From positions 1-41,962 of the IMG/VR virus record IMGVR_UViG_3300027986_000017: DNA of 41,962 nucleotides. One strand, given 5' to 3'. This document shows, in pieces, positions 26,147 to 34,416 of the stretch (its first letter is position 1; each line of letters opens with the position of its first letter). A program made the position numbers and the translations under genes. The stretch is from a virus (lineage: Duplodnaviria; Caudoviricetes). The notes under the pieces are model-generated. The model searched no databases. It was given only the letters and a program-made list of their open reading frames with translations, and was not told the origin of the DNA.

Positions 26147-26374
26147 GTGGAGAAGACCCTTCGTTTGGTACCTCCGCGCACAGAGTACCCCTCTGTGTCT
26201 GACCCATTTCCGCGCTACCCGCACGCCGTTCTGGTCGGGCTTCTCGCGATCCGCAAGGTGCAGGAGGAGGCCGCGAAGATGCCTCCCGAGATGCGCCGCG
26301 AGCTGGCTAAGGCGCTCCATCTAACCGCGACCTACATCGAGCTGCAGACTCAGATCGACGCCGTCCAGGAGTGA
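26147..26374 (+). CDS. Hypothetical protein
   Basis: ORF between the promoter and the sigma gene; start uncertain. Confidence 0.55.
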   Translation: MEKTLRLVPPRTEYPSVSDPFPRYPHAVLVGLLAIRKVQEEAAKMPPEMRRELAKALHLTATYIELQTQIDAVQE

Positions 26375-26380
26375 CTCTTC

Positions 26381-26395
26381 GCGAGTGGCGACTAT
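26381..26395 (+). promoter_or_regulatory. GCGAGTGGCGACTAT motif upstream of the sigma gene (possible autoregulation)
   Basis: GGCGACTA core ends 11 nt before ATG 26406; no SD sequence. Confidence 0.7.
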
Positions 26396-26405
26396 CTGGT
26401 CACAC

Positions 26406-27035
26406 ATGGCACGCAGTCGGAAGCGTTCCGTTGTTTCGATCGATCAAGCCGGCCGCCGCGCGCGCGTTCTCGCCAGACGCGACCGCCTGGTCGAACAGCA
26501 CCTCGACCTGGTACCTCCGATCGCAAAGCGCGTCTTCCGGTGCCTGCCTCCCTCGTTTGACCTCGAAGACCTGATCGCGACCGGCAACCTTGCGCTTACG
26601 CGCGCAGCCACCGTTTACAAGCCGGAGCGGCACGGAGGATGCCCCTTCTCGGCGTTTGCGCGCCACAGGATCCGCGGCGCGATGCTCGACTCGATCCGGC
26701 GCCGGCACTATACCGAAAACACGCGGCCGTCGATCGACGAGCCCGCCGTAGGACTCTTCGGGCATCACGACGAGCTCGAAGGGATTCGGACCAATACCCG
26801 GTCGCCCGGCCTGATATCGGAGCCCACGATCGAATCGGACCTCGATCGCGCAGACCTGTTAAAACGCCTGGAAACGGCCGTCCGGCAGCTCACAGACGAA
26901 CAGAAATCCATCCTGGACCATTACTATGCCGAGGATTGCGATCGCTTAAAACGCGCGCATTGGCGGCGCCGCAAGGAAGTCATCCAGACGCACCTGGACA
27001 TCCTGGCCATCCTCAGAGCGGAGCTGGCATCGTGA
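26406..27035 (+). CDS. Phage-encoded sigma-70-family factor, FliA/WhiG-like region 2, degenerate region 4
   Basis: RDRLVEQHLDLV..IA, DLEDLIATGNLAL, FSAFARHRIRGAMLDSIRR. Confidence 0.88.
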   Translation: MARSRKRSVVSIDQAGRRARVLARRDRLVEQHLDLVPPIAKRVFRCLPPSFDLEDLIATGNLALTRAATVYKPERHGGCPFSAFARHRIRGAMLDSIRRRHYTENTRPSIDEPAVGLFGHHDELEGIRTNTRSPGLISEPTIESDLDRADLLKRLETAVRQLTDEQKSILDHYYAEDCDRLKRAHWRRRKEVIQTHLDILAILRAELAS

Positions 27036-27385
27036 ACGTGATCCGCGTCGGGAGCGTCGAGCTCGCAGCAAACGCGAACCTGTTCAAGTGCGTCGACCTG
27101 GCGATCGATCTGAGCGAGGCCTCGGCCGAGGAAGTCGAAGTACTGGCCGACGGCGTGAAGGTGCGGGGATTCACCCGCGGCAAGAGCAGCTACCCGCCGC
27201 GGCGCGAGCCGCTGCACTCGCTGCGGCTGGCCGAGCTCGAAGCCGCGGCGATCGATCGAGCGCTCGAAGAAACCAGCGGCAACATCGACCAGGCGGCCAG
27301 AATCCTCGGGATCGGAAAGACCACCCTCTACCAGCGCCTCAAGCAGCGCGGAAAATCCGTCCTGGTCCTACAGCACGCGGCCTGA
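27032..27385 (+). CDS. Fis-family HTH protein
   Basis: LAELEAAAIDRALEETSGNIDQAARILGIGKTTLYQRLK; GTGA overlap with the sigma gene. Confidence 0.85.
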   Translation: MNVIRVGSVELAANANLFKCVDLAIDLSEASAEEVEVLADGVKVRGFTRGKSSYPPRREPLHSLRLAELEAAAIDRALEETSGNIDQAARILGIGKTTLYQRLKQRGKSVLVLQHAA

Positions 27386-27388
27386 ATT

Positions 27389-27404
27389 CGCGAGTGGCGA
27401 CTAT
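27389..27404 (+). promoter_or_regulatory. CGCGAGTGGCGACTAT motif
   Basis: Core ends 10 nt before ATG 27414; no SD sequence. Confidence 0.7.
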
Positions 27405-27413
27405 CCCGGTGTA

Positions 27414-27827
27414 ATGGCTTCCACGCCAAAGACCGCGCCGCTCCCGTCTCTCGCAGACATGGCCGACGAGCTCGGCCTGATCGAGAAGGAATACGCGATC
27501 GCGATCGCTCCGCTCAAACAGAAGCTCGAGCGCGCCAAAGTCCTCGAAGGCCTGTTGCTCAAGCTGTGCCCCGCCCGGCGCGACGAGGAGTGGAACGTCG
27601 AAGGCAAACGGTTTTCGGTGAATTTCGGACTGTGCGCCAACGAGCGGACCATCGACTACGCGAAGCTCATCAAGAAAATCGGCGCCGCTGTGTTCGCGAA
27701 GTTCGCCACGTGCACGCTCGCCAAGCTCGAAAAGCACGTCGCGCCCGAGATCGTCGACGAAGTCGTATCGACCGGCCGGACCGGGCCGCGGAAGATGAAG
27801 ACGTTCGAGAAGGGCCTCGCGGCGTGA
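27414..27827 (+). CDS. Hypothetical basic protein
   Basis: 137-aa ORF directly after the motif. Confidence 0.7.
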   Translation: MASTPKTAPLPSLADMADELGLIEKEYAIAIAPLKQKLERAKVLEGLLLKLCPARRDEEWNVEGKRFSVNFGLCANERTIDYAKLIKKIGAAVFAKFATCTLAKLEKHVAPEIVDEVVSTGRTGPRKMKTFEKGLAA

Positions 27828-27835
27828 ACGCTGAG

Positions 27836-28012
27836 ATGGCACTGCACGACGATGGAGCGCTGGGAACCGAGTCACGGCTCACGCGACTGGAAACCAAGAT
27901 GGACTCCGTCATGGAAATGCGCCGCTGGATGATCTGGAGCGTAATTCTGAGCGCGCTCGCGCTCGGGACGCGCGCGTTCGACCTGGCGCAGGCCTGGATC
28001 GGCAAGCACTAA
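27836..28012 (+). CDS. XhlA/holin-like coiled-coil plus single-TM protein
   Basis: RLTRLETKMD followed by RWMIWSVILSALAL. Confidence 0.55.
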   Translation: MALHDDGALGTESRLTRLETKMDSVMEMRRWMIWSVILSALALGTRAFDLAQAWIGKH

Positions 28013-28026
28013 AGGAGAAAACGAAA

Positions 28027-28293
28027 ATGTTCGACAACTACAAACGCGCCTTCGAGGAAGAACTCGCGAAGCAGCGCGCGGAAATGAACGCGCGGACGCA
28101 AGGCCTGTGCGGCTCCCGGGGCGAGACCACGGATCCGGCCCAAAGCACCCTTCGCGATCGCATCATGCAACAGCGCTATGACTGCGAGAAGCGCGCGGAC
28201 CGTTACGCAGGCCTGGCCGAGCTCACGAACCTTCTCGAGAAGAATCCCGAAGTCGCGCGGATCCTCGAGCTGATGGACCAGCTCCAGCCGTAA
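28027..28293 (+). CDS. Hypothetical helical protein
   Basis: Strong AAGGAG RBS. Confidence 0.7.
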   Translation: MFDNYKRAFEEELAKQRAEMNARTQGLCGSRGETTDPAQSTLRDRIMQQRYDCEKRADRYAGLAELTNLLEKNPEVARILELMDQLQP

Positions 28294-28383
28294 AGCTATA
28301 CCCCAAACGGCGTCGCGAGCTGCGCGCTCCACGTACTGGGTGCGAGGGCCCTCCGGGTAAGTCCCTCGGCGACGCCTCAGTTT

Positions 28384-28392
28384 TGGCGACTA
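28384..28392 (+). promoter_or_regulatory. TGGCGACTA motif (lysis module)
   Basis: Intergenic, upstream of the structured lysin leader. Confidence 0.6.
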
Positions 28393-28408
28393 GAACAGTA
28401 GCTACGCA

Positions 28409-28488
28409 GCGGGCCGCGTCTTGTGCTCCAAGGCTGTTTCTCTTCTCCTGACGCAGCTTCATGGGACCGGCCCCGCGGGCAAGAGAGG
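28409..28488 (+). ncRNA. Structured 5' leader of the lysin gene, with anti-SD loop
   Basis: Three stacked stems with G-U pairs; loop TTTCTCTT complementary to AAGAGAGG at 28481-28488. Confidence 0.45.
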
Positions 28489-28492
28489 CCGG

Positions 28493-28891
28493 ATGATTCT
28501 CACCGCGGATCAGATTTACGCGCTCGCCTGCCAGGCGGGCTTTCCGCCACACGTCGCCGTGACCATGACCGCGATCGCGCTGCGCGAAAGCGCGGGCGAC
28601 CCCGCGGCCTTCAACGGCAACGAAAAAACCGGCGATCGCTCCTATGGCCTCTGGCAGATCAACATGTTCGGGTCGCTCGCCGAGCCGCGCAAGAAGATCT
28701 TCGACATCACCTCGGAAAACGAGCTGCTCGATCCCATGGTGAACGCGCGCGCCGCGTTCCGGCTGTGGGGCGGGAAAAACAAGAATCTTTCGATCGCCTG
28801 GTACATCGACGTCGACCACGGCGACTACCAAGCCAGATACGAGAAACACCTGCCGGCGGCGCAGGCCGCGGCACTCGCAGCAAAAACGTAA
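28493..28891 (+). CDS. Endolysin, lytic transglycosylase (SLT/lysozyme-like)
   Basis: AIALRESAG (catalytic Glu), SYGLWQIN, LLDPMVNARAA. Confidence 0.85.
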   Translation: MILTADQIYALACQAGFPPHVAVTMTAIALRESAGDPAAFNGNEKTGDRSYGLWQINMFGSLAEPRKKIFDITSENELLDPMVNARAAFRLWGGKNKNLSIAWYIDVDHGDYQARYEKHLPAAQAAALAAKT

Positions 28892-28903
28892 GGAGACAAC
28901 AAA

Positions 28904-29458
28904 ATGATTCCAGCTTCAGGATCCGTCCAAGGCCCGCAGCTCGAAGCCACGGCCGCGGCCGCCCTCCAGGCAGCCTCAACCCTCGCAGGCCTCGCCAACG
29001 CGGCGCCGGCGCCGACCGGCCCCAACCCGATGCTCGTCGTCCCGTCGACGCCTCTGCGGCCGCCCGTGGGCGTGCAGGAAATCGGCAACATGGGCAACGG
29101 CAACTATCTGACGCTCGTCTCGCAGCTCGACTGGCGCCTGTTCAGCTCGAAGGCCGACGCCGACGCTCTGCTCGCCGTGCTTGCGTCGCAGCTCGGGATC
29201 TCGGCGACCGTGATCGAGGACGGCGAGGAAGGGTCGCGCTTTGAATTCGCCGACGCGCAGTCTGGTCCGCGCGTTTACGCGATCATCGGCACCGACTCGC
29301 AGGGGAATTTCTTCTACGAAGTGGCCGGCGACATTCTCGCGCGGCGCCAGCGGCCCGACTTAGGCGTCGACCAGGGCGCACCCTACAAGCCCGGCGACGT
29401 TCTCACCATGTCGCTCGAAGTCGGCTACGGCTACGCCGAATTCTTCTGGAAGAAGTGA
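28904..29458 (+). CDS. Hypothetical protein
   Basis: AAGGAG RBS. Confidence 0.7.
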   Translation: MIPASGSVQGPQLEATAAAALQAASTLAGLANAAPAPTGPNPMLVVPSTPLRPPVGVQEIGNMGNGNYLTLVSQLDWRLFSSKADADALLAVLASQLGISATVIEDGEEGSRFEFADAQSGPRVYAIIGTDSQGNFFYEVAGDILARRQRPDLGVDQGAPYKPGDVLTMSLEVGYGYAEFFWKK

Positions 29459-29904
29459 TGCGCGCCGCGGTGCTGTTCCTTGCGATCGCGGTCTCGGCGA
29501 TCGCGCAGAAATGCGACGCCTCGCTGTGGCAGCACGTCTACCACCCCGAGCGCCTTCAGGTGCTGAAAAAGTGCGTCGTCGTGACGGGCGTCATCGTTCA
29601 CTCGAAGGAAGAGAAAGACGGCGACCGTCACATCCAACTGAAGCTCGATCCGCAGTTCTCAGACATGCTCAACGCGCGCAACAAGGCCGCGCAGGGCGGG
29701 AACCTGGTGATCGAGCCGATCTGCGTCGGCGCCGTCACGCAGTCCGACGCGGTCACCGCGTGCAAGGGCTTCCATAGCAAAATTGTGATACCCAAGCCTG
29801 GCCAGCGCGTGCGCGTGACCGGCTCTTTCGTGCTCGACATCGAGAACCCTGGACACGGTTGGCAGGAAATTCATCCGGTAACATCGATCGAGGTGATCCC
29901 ATGA
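29455..29904 (+). CDS. Secreted OB-fold-like protein
   Basis: Signal peptide AIA-Q; DGDRHIQL, VRVTGSFVLD, WQEIHPV; four Cys. Confidence 0.7.
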   Translation: MMRAAVLFLAIAVSAIAQKCDASLWQHVYHPERLQVLKKCVVVTGVIVHSKEEKDGDRHIQLKLDPQFSDMLNARNKAAQGGNLVIEPICVGAVTQSDAVTACKGFHSKIVIPKPGQRVRVTGSFVLDIENPGHGWQEIHPVTSIEVIP

Positions 29905-30371
29905 AACTCATCCTGCTTGCAGCTTTCGCGGCGCTCGGGGTCGCGCAGACGCGTCTCGAAGTCGCGCCTCAATGCCCTGGCACGAATCAGATCATCGTAA
30001 TCATCGCTTTCCAGGCGGGCGGAATCACGGTTCCTCTGCCGATCTGCGTCGCACTCGACCCGGCCAGTTTTTCGCTCCAGACTCAGGTCAGCGCCAACGT
30101 CGCGACCGGGACGCTGTCCGTCAAGCCGACAGCCGGCGCGACGACGCCGGCGTTTGTAGACGGAGAGATTCCGTCGGGTGCGATCGATGGCACGAATGTG
30201 GCCTTCACTCTTGCCGCGGCTCCGAATCCGGCGGGTTCACTGCACTTCTTTCGCAACGGGTTAAGGCTCAGTCCTGGTTCTGATTTCACCCTCGCGGGCG
30301 CCGCCGTGACGTTCCTTCCTGGTGCGGCTCCACAGCCAGGCGACATCCTGCGAGTCGACTACCGCAAATGA
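29901..30371 (+). CDS. Signal-peptide protein with fibre-associated beta domain
   Basis: MKLILLAAFAALGVA-Q; EIPSGAIDGTN..FTL...FRNGLRL..GSDFT....VTF...APQPGD motif familiar from phage fibre proteins. Confidence 0.7.
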   Translation: MKLILLAAFAALGVAQTRLEVAPQCPGTNQIIVIIAFQAGGITVPLPICVALDPASFSLQTQVSANVATGTLSVKPTAGATTPAFVDGEIPSGAIDGTNVAFTLAAAPNPAGSLHFFRNGLRLSPGSDFTLAGAAVTFLPGAAPQPGDILRVDYRK

Positions 30372-30811
30372 TCGCGCGCGCCATCTTGTGGCTCTGCCTC
30401 GCGGCGAGCTCCGGCTACGCGCAGACCCAGGTCCGGCCGGATCAGATCCGCAACACCAGCCAGGTGTCGCTGCGCGTGCTCTACCTGCAAAACCAGACCG
30501 ACCTGACTTCCTCGCCCTGGATCGCTTTCGGGCCTCCCGGAACGCAGACGCGCGTCTCCGGCTCGCAGCTGAACCTGGTCCCGGTGCTGACCCCGGATGG
30601 AACGCTGGGCGCCATCTTCACGGCCGCGATCACGAATCGCCTCGGGTGCGACGCGGCCTGGTGCTCGCACCAACCCGCCGAGCCGCTGCTCTACTGGCCC
30701 AACGACCCGACGCAACCGCCTCCCGATTCGACTTTCGGAAACTGCTGGCACATCACCCAGCTCTGGCGCGGCTCCTGGTTCCCGACCGATTACTGGGCCT
30801 GCGATTGGTAG
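30368..30811 (+). CDS. Signal-peptide protein with Cys/Trp-rich C-terminus
   Basis: MIARAILWLCLAASSGYA-Q; ATGA overlap. Confidence 0.65.
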   Translation: MIARAILWLCLAASSGYAQTQVRPDQIRNTSQVSLRVLYLQNQTDLTSSPWIAFGPPGTQTRVSGSQLNLVPVLTPDGTLGAIFTAAITNRLGCDAAWCSHQPAEPLLYWPNDPTQPPPDSTFGNCWHITQLWRGSWFPTDYWACDW

Positions 30812-30901
30812 GATTGATACTGGTCGCGCGAGCTGCCAGCTGGAGCGAATTGGGTTGCCCCCCGATAAATTCGGCAGCAGCTCGCGGACTTTCCCCTGCG
30901 A

Positions 30902-30912
30902 CGTGGCGACTA
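30902..30912 (+). promoter_or_regulatory. CGTGGCGACTA motif (packaging module)
   Basis: Ends 7 nt before ATG 30920; preceded by a GCGAGCTGC...GCAGCTCGC hairpin. Confidence 0.65.
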
Positions 30913-30919
30913 CCTGAGC

Positions 30920-31162
30920 ATGGGCCTCGTCCGCAACCTGAAGCTCTTCCGCGCTGTTGAGCGTTTCAAACACGACGCCCGCATCGACAAGGGAGATATG
31001 AAAAAACTGATCCCGTCCTTCGTCACGCTTTCGCTGACCGCGATCTCGCTGTTCAGCCCGGCAATCCAGGGAGCCGTCTCGACGCACCCGACGCTCGCTC
31101 TCATCCTCGGCGGCGTCTACGCGATCGCGAAGGGCCTGGCGCCCTCGCCTCTCACCAAGTAA
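30920..31162 (+). CDS. Holin-like two-TM protein; second in-frame start at 30998
   Basis: Two hydrophobic segments; GGGAG RBS before the internal MKKLIP. Confidence 0.55.
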   Translation: MGLVRNLKLFRAVERFKHDARIDKGDMKKLIPSFVTLSLTAISLFSPAIQGAVSTHPTLALILGGVYAIAKGLAPSPLTK

Positions 31163-31165
31163 GCA

Positions 31166-31615
31166 ATGCCGCGCAAGCAGGCGCACGCGAACGCCGACGC
31201 GTTCCTCGCCGCGTATCGGCTCACAGGCTCAATCACCGAGGCGGCCGCGGCCGCGCAGATTGATCGACGTCTGCATTACCGGTGGCTCAAGATCTCGGCG
31301 GCCTACAAGACGCGATTCGACCAGGCCAAGAGAGAGGCCGGCGAGATGTTGAAGGACATCGCGGTCAGGCGCTGCCGCGAGGGCACGCTAAAGCCGGTGT
31401 ACTACCAGGGCGTGCAGGTCGGCTGGGAAACGGTCTACGACAGCGGCCTGATGCAGTTTTTGCTTCGCGGCATGCTGCCCGAGGAATTTGGCCGCAAAGT
31501 CGAATTGACCGGAAAGGATGGCGGCCCGGTCGAACTGTCGATCGCCGAAACCATCCGCCGGCGCAGAGCCGAGCGCATCGGCGCCAAGGAGAATGAAAGT
31601 GCGAAAACTGACTGA
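31166..31615 (+). CDS. terS: Terminase small subunit
   Basis: HTH (GSITEAAAAAQIDRRLHYRW), YDSGLMQFLLRG, KVELTGKDGGPV; upstream of TerL. Confidence 0.8.
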   Translation: MPRKQAHANADAFLAAYRLTGSITEAAAAAQIDRRLHYRWLKISAAYKTRFDQAKREAGEMLKDIAVRRCREGTLKPVYYQGVQVGWETVYDSGLMQFLLRGMLPEEFGRKVELTGKDGGPVELSIAETIRRRRAERIGAKENESAKTD

Positions 31616-32009
31616 CCACATCGTCGAAGGCGACTCGGCGAACCATCAGATCGCTATCGAAGTCTTGGATGAGCCCGGCGCCGGCGGTGCCTGCCATCTT
31701 TACGATCTCCGCGGGTTCGACACTGCGAGCAATCTATCGGACCCGTTCAAGCGGCGCTATGGCACATCCGCCGATCACAGCACGGTACTCTTTCAAAACG
31801 GTCCGATCCGCGAAGTGGGCGTCAATGGCGTCACGCACGAAGCGCTTCTCGCGATCCTGATCGATCGGATGCGATCGTTCCTGGCAGGCCCGTATTCGTG
31901 CCGCGACAACGCGATCGCGCTGACCCACCTCGAAGAGGCCCTGATGTGGCTGCAACGCAGGACGCGTGAGCGCATCAAGCGCGGCGTCGAAGGCACACAC
32001 CAAAAGTAA
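31599..32009 (+). CDS. tad1: Tad1-family anti-defence sponge protein (anti-Thoeris/CBASS)
   Basis: GAGGACHLY...FQNG...GV...LLAILIDRMRSFLAGPYSCRDNAIALTHLEEALMWLQRRT.ER..RGVEGT matches the Tad1 pattern as I recall it; GTG 7 nt after AAGGAG. Confidence 0.85.
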   Translation: MRKLTDHIVEGDSANHQIAIEVLDEPGAGGACHLYDLRGFDTASNLSDPFKRRYGTSADHSTVLFQNGPIREVGVNGVTHEALLAILIDRMRSFLAGPYSCRDNAIALTHLEEALMWLQRRTRERIKRGVEGTHQK

Positions 32010-32013
32010 GGCA

Positions 32014-33483
32014 ATGCCCTCGCCCGTGGCCGACGAGATGGCCGAGTACTACGAGGATCCGCTCGGTTTCGTGCGCGACTGCTTCCCGTGGGGATCCGGC
32101 CCACTCGACGGCGAGACCGGGCCCGACGCCCACCAGACGGAGTTTCTGGAATCGCTCGCCGAGGAAGTCCGAAAGCGCAAATTCAACGGCCGCGATCCGG
32201 TGATGCCGATCCTGATGACCGAGGCCTCCGGCCACGGCACGGGCAAGAGCGCGATGGGCGCCTGGCTCGCCTGGTGGATACTCTCGACCAGGCCCGGCTC
32301 GATCGGCACGGTGACCGCCGGCACCTACACGCAGCTCGAGTCGCGCACCTGGGCCGCGATCCAGTGGTGGGGACGGCTCTGCTGCACGGCGCACTGGTTC
32401 GACATCCAGCAGCACGGCATCTACTCGAAAGAGGATCCCGAAAACTGGAAGCTCGTCGCGCAGTCGTGCAAGGAAGAGAACGCGCAATCGTTTGCCGGCC
32501 AGCACGCCCGCACCTCCACCAGCTGGTACCTGTTCGACGAGGCGTCGGAAGTCCCGAACAAGATTTACGAGACGGCCTATGGCGGCTTGACCGACGGCGA
32601 GCCGATGATGTTCGCCTGGGGCCAGTGCGTCCGCAACACAGGCGAATTCTACGAGATCAACTTCGGCGCGAAAGCCGCGCGCTGGAACCATCGCCGCGTC
32701 GACTCCCGCAACTCGCGTTTCACCAACAAAGAGCTGATCGCGCAGTGGGAAAACGACTACGGCGTCGACTCGGACTATTACCGCGTGCGCGTGCTCGGGT
32801 ATCCTCCGAGCGCGAGCGAGCTCCAGTACATCGACCGCGAGCGCGTCGACGCCGCGCGCAAGCGAAAGATCACCGACTCGCTGATCGACCCGCTGATCGC
32901 GGGCTTTGACGTCTCAGGCGGCGGCCGCAGCTGGAACGTGATCCGGTTCCGGCGAGGCCTCAACATGGCGACGCGGCCGGCGATCCGGATCCCCGGCGAA
33001 AAGGATCCCGACAGGAGCCAGCGCGTCGCGATCTGCGCCGAGCTGCTGCGCGACCACCGGCCAGGCCATCGGATCACCGCGATGTTCGTCGATACGGCGT
33101 TCGGCGCCCCGATCGTCGCGACGCTGCGCTCGATGGGCTTCACCAACGTCTACGAAGTGGCGTTCGGTGGGAAGTCCTACGACGCGCACTTCGCCAACCT
33201 CCGCGCCCACATGTACTCGCAGCTGAAGGACGCCCTGCTGCTGGGAGCGATCCCCGACGAAGAGGAGCTCGCGCAGCAGCTGTGCCTGCCCGGCTACCAC
33301 ATCCGGCCAGGCGGCTCGAAGCTGGTCATCGAGTCGAAGCAGGACATCCAGGAGCGCGGCGAGAAGTCGCCGGACGATGCCGATGCCCTGGCTTTGACGT
33401 TTGCGCGGCCCGTGCCGCCTCAGATCGACTACGGCGACGACGACGACCGCGGATCCGGCTCGGAATACGGGTTCATGCGCTGA
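32014..33483 (+). CDS. terL: Terminase large subunit
   Basis: Walker A SGHGTGKS, Walker B YLFDEAS, nuclease motifs GFDVS and SPDDADALAL. Confidence 0.95.
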   Translation: MPSPVADEMAEYYEDPLGFVRDCFPWGSGPLDGETGPDAHQTEFLESLAEEVRKRKFNGRDPVMPILMTEASGHGTGKSAMGAWLAWWILSTRPGSIGTVTAGTYTQLESRTWAAIQWWGRLCCTAHWFDIQQHGIYSKEDPENWKLVAQSCKEENAQSFAGQHARTSTSWYLFDEASEVPNKIYETAYGGLTDGEPMMFAWGQCVRNTGEFYEINFGAKAARWNHRRVDSRNSRFTNKELIAQWENDYGVDSDYYRVRVLGYPPSASELQYIDRERVDAARKRKITDSLIDPLIAGFDVSGGGRSWNVIRFRRGLNMATRPAIRIPGEKDPDRSQRVAICAELLRDHRPGHRITAMFVDTAFGAPIVATLRSMGFTNVYEVAFGGKSYDAHFANLRAHMYSQLKDALLLGAIPDEEELAQQLCLPGYHIRPGGSKLVIESKQDIQERGEKSPDDADALALTFARPVPPQIDYGDDDDRGSGSEYGFMR

Positions 33484-33484
33484 C

Positions 33485-33493
33485 TGGCGACTC
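33485..33493 (+). promoter_or_regulatory. TGGCGACTC variant motif (portal module)
   Basis: Ends 7 nt before ATG 33501. Confidence 0.5.
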
Positions 33494-33500
33494 CAAGGGT

Positions 33501-33782
33501 ATGAGCGGACTCGCTAATTTCCTGTTCGGCCGAGGGGCACTGAAAAAGGCCGCCGGATCCACCCCGGAGCCGGCGCCGGCACAGCCCGCCGGCATCGACA
33601 TCGCGGCCGAGGCTCAGAAGATGGCGGATCGCGCCAAGGGCAACGATGGCGGAATCGGCGCCCGCAGTACGGCCCAGCCGACGCACCCGAACGACGTAGC
33701 GCTCAAGGCGCGGACTTCGAAGCTGCCGGCGCAGGCCACGCAGCCGAACGACGTCGGGATGAAGGGAAAGGACGACGACTGA
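33501..33782 (+). CDS. Low-complexity protein with two PNDV repeats
   Basis: MSGLANFLFGRG...HPNDVALKAR...QPNDVGMKGK. Confidence 0.6.
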   Translation: MSGLANFLFGRGALKKAAGSTPEPAPAQPAGIDIAAEAQKMADRAKGNDGGIGARSTAQPTHPNDVALKARTSKLPAQATQPNDVGMKGKDDD

Positions 33783-34066
33783 TGCCACTCACCCCAGGTA
33801 GCTCCCCCGGCGTCATCTCCTCGAACATCAGCGAGATGGTCAACGCCGGCCATCCGAAACGCGTCGCCGTCGCCGCGGCGCTCCATACCGCCGACGTCCA
33901 CCCGAACGATGTCGGCCTCACCGCGCGCGTCAAAGGCGCTCCGCTGCAGCCGATGCAGCCGAACGACGTCGGCCTCAAGAAAATGGCAGGTCCGAATCTG
34001 CGAGGGATGACTCGCACCGAGCTGCACTCGCAGCGGCAGATGCGCGGGAGGATGCCGCGGGCGTGA
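33782..34066 (+). CDS. Small phage protein (MPLTPGSS..VISSNISEMV.AG...AVAAAL) with two PNDVG repeats
   Basis: Recognisable N-terminal small phage domain; TGATG coupling. Confidence 0.7.
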   Translation: MPLTPGSSPGVISSNISEMVNAGHPKRVAVAAALHTADVHPNDVGLTARVKGAPLQPMQPNDVGLKKMAGPNLRGMTRTELHSQRQMRGRMPRA

Positions 34067-34200
34067 AGCCGATCTGCAAAACGCGCGGGCACTATTGGAT
34101 CTCCGTCGCCAAGCGCGACGACGGACTGATCGCCCAGCAGTGCATGAACTGCACGAAAGGCCGCGTGATCGATCCGCGCAGGCCTGCCGGCCACGGCTAA
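34063..34200 (+). CDS. 45-aa Cys/His peptide (VKPICKTRGHYW...CMNC)
   Basis: Manual translation; GTGA overlap; C-x4-H...CxxC. Confidence 0.5.
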   Translation: MKPICKTRGHYWISVAKRDDGLIAQQCMNCTKGRVIDPRRPAGHG

Positions 34201-34212
34201 GGGGAAGTACTG

Positions 34213-34413
34213 ATGAAAACCAAAAAGCTGAAGCTCTTCCGCGCCTGGTTCGCCGAGATCGGCGGCGACGGAAACCAGCGCAATCACGAAATCGTGAGCG
34301 TCGCGGCCGAGCACCTGGCCGGCGCTACCGCGATCGCCTACGCCGAGTCGAGCGAGACCCGCAAAGTCCTCCGCGTCGAAGCGCAGGGCGGGGAAGTGAT
34401 CGTCGCGGAGTAA
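34213..34413 (+). CDS. Hypothetical protein
   Basis: AAGGGG RBS. Confidence 0.55.
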   Translation: MKTKKLKLFRAWFAEIGGDGNQRNHEIVSVAAEHLAGATAIAYAESSETRKVLRVEAQGGEVIVAE

Positions 34414-34416
34414 CCG

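Noticed and set aside
28820-28827. GGCGACTA inside the lysin gene
   Set aside because: Encodes Gly-Asp-Tyr and lacks the upstream GT/T context; probably chance
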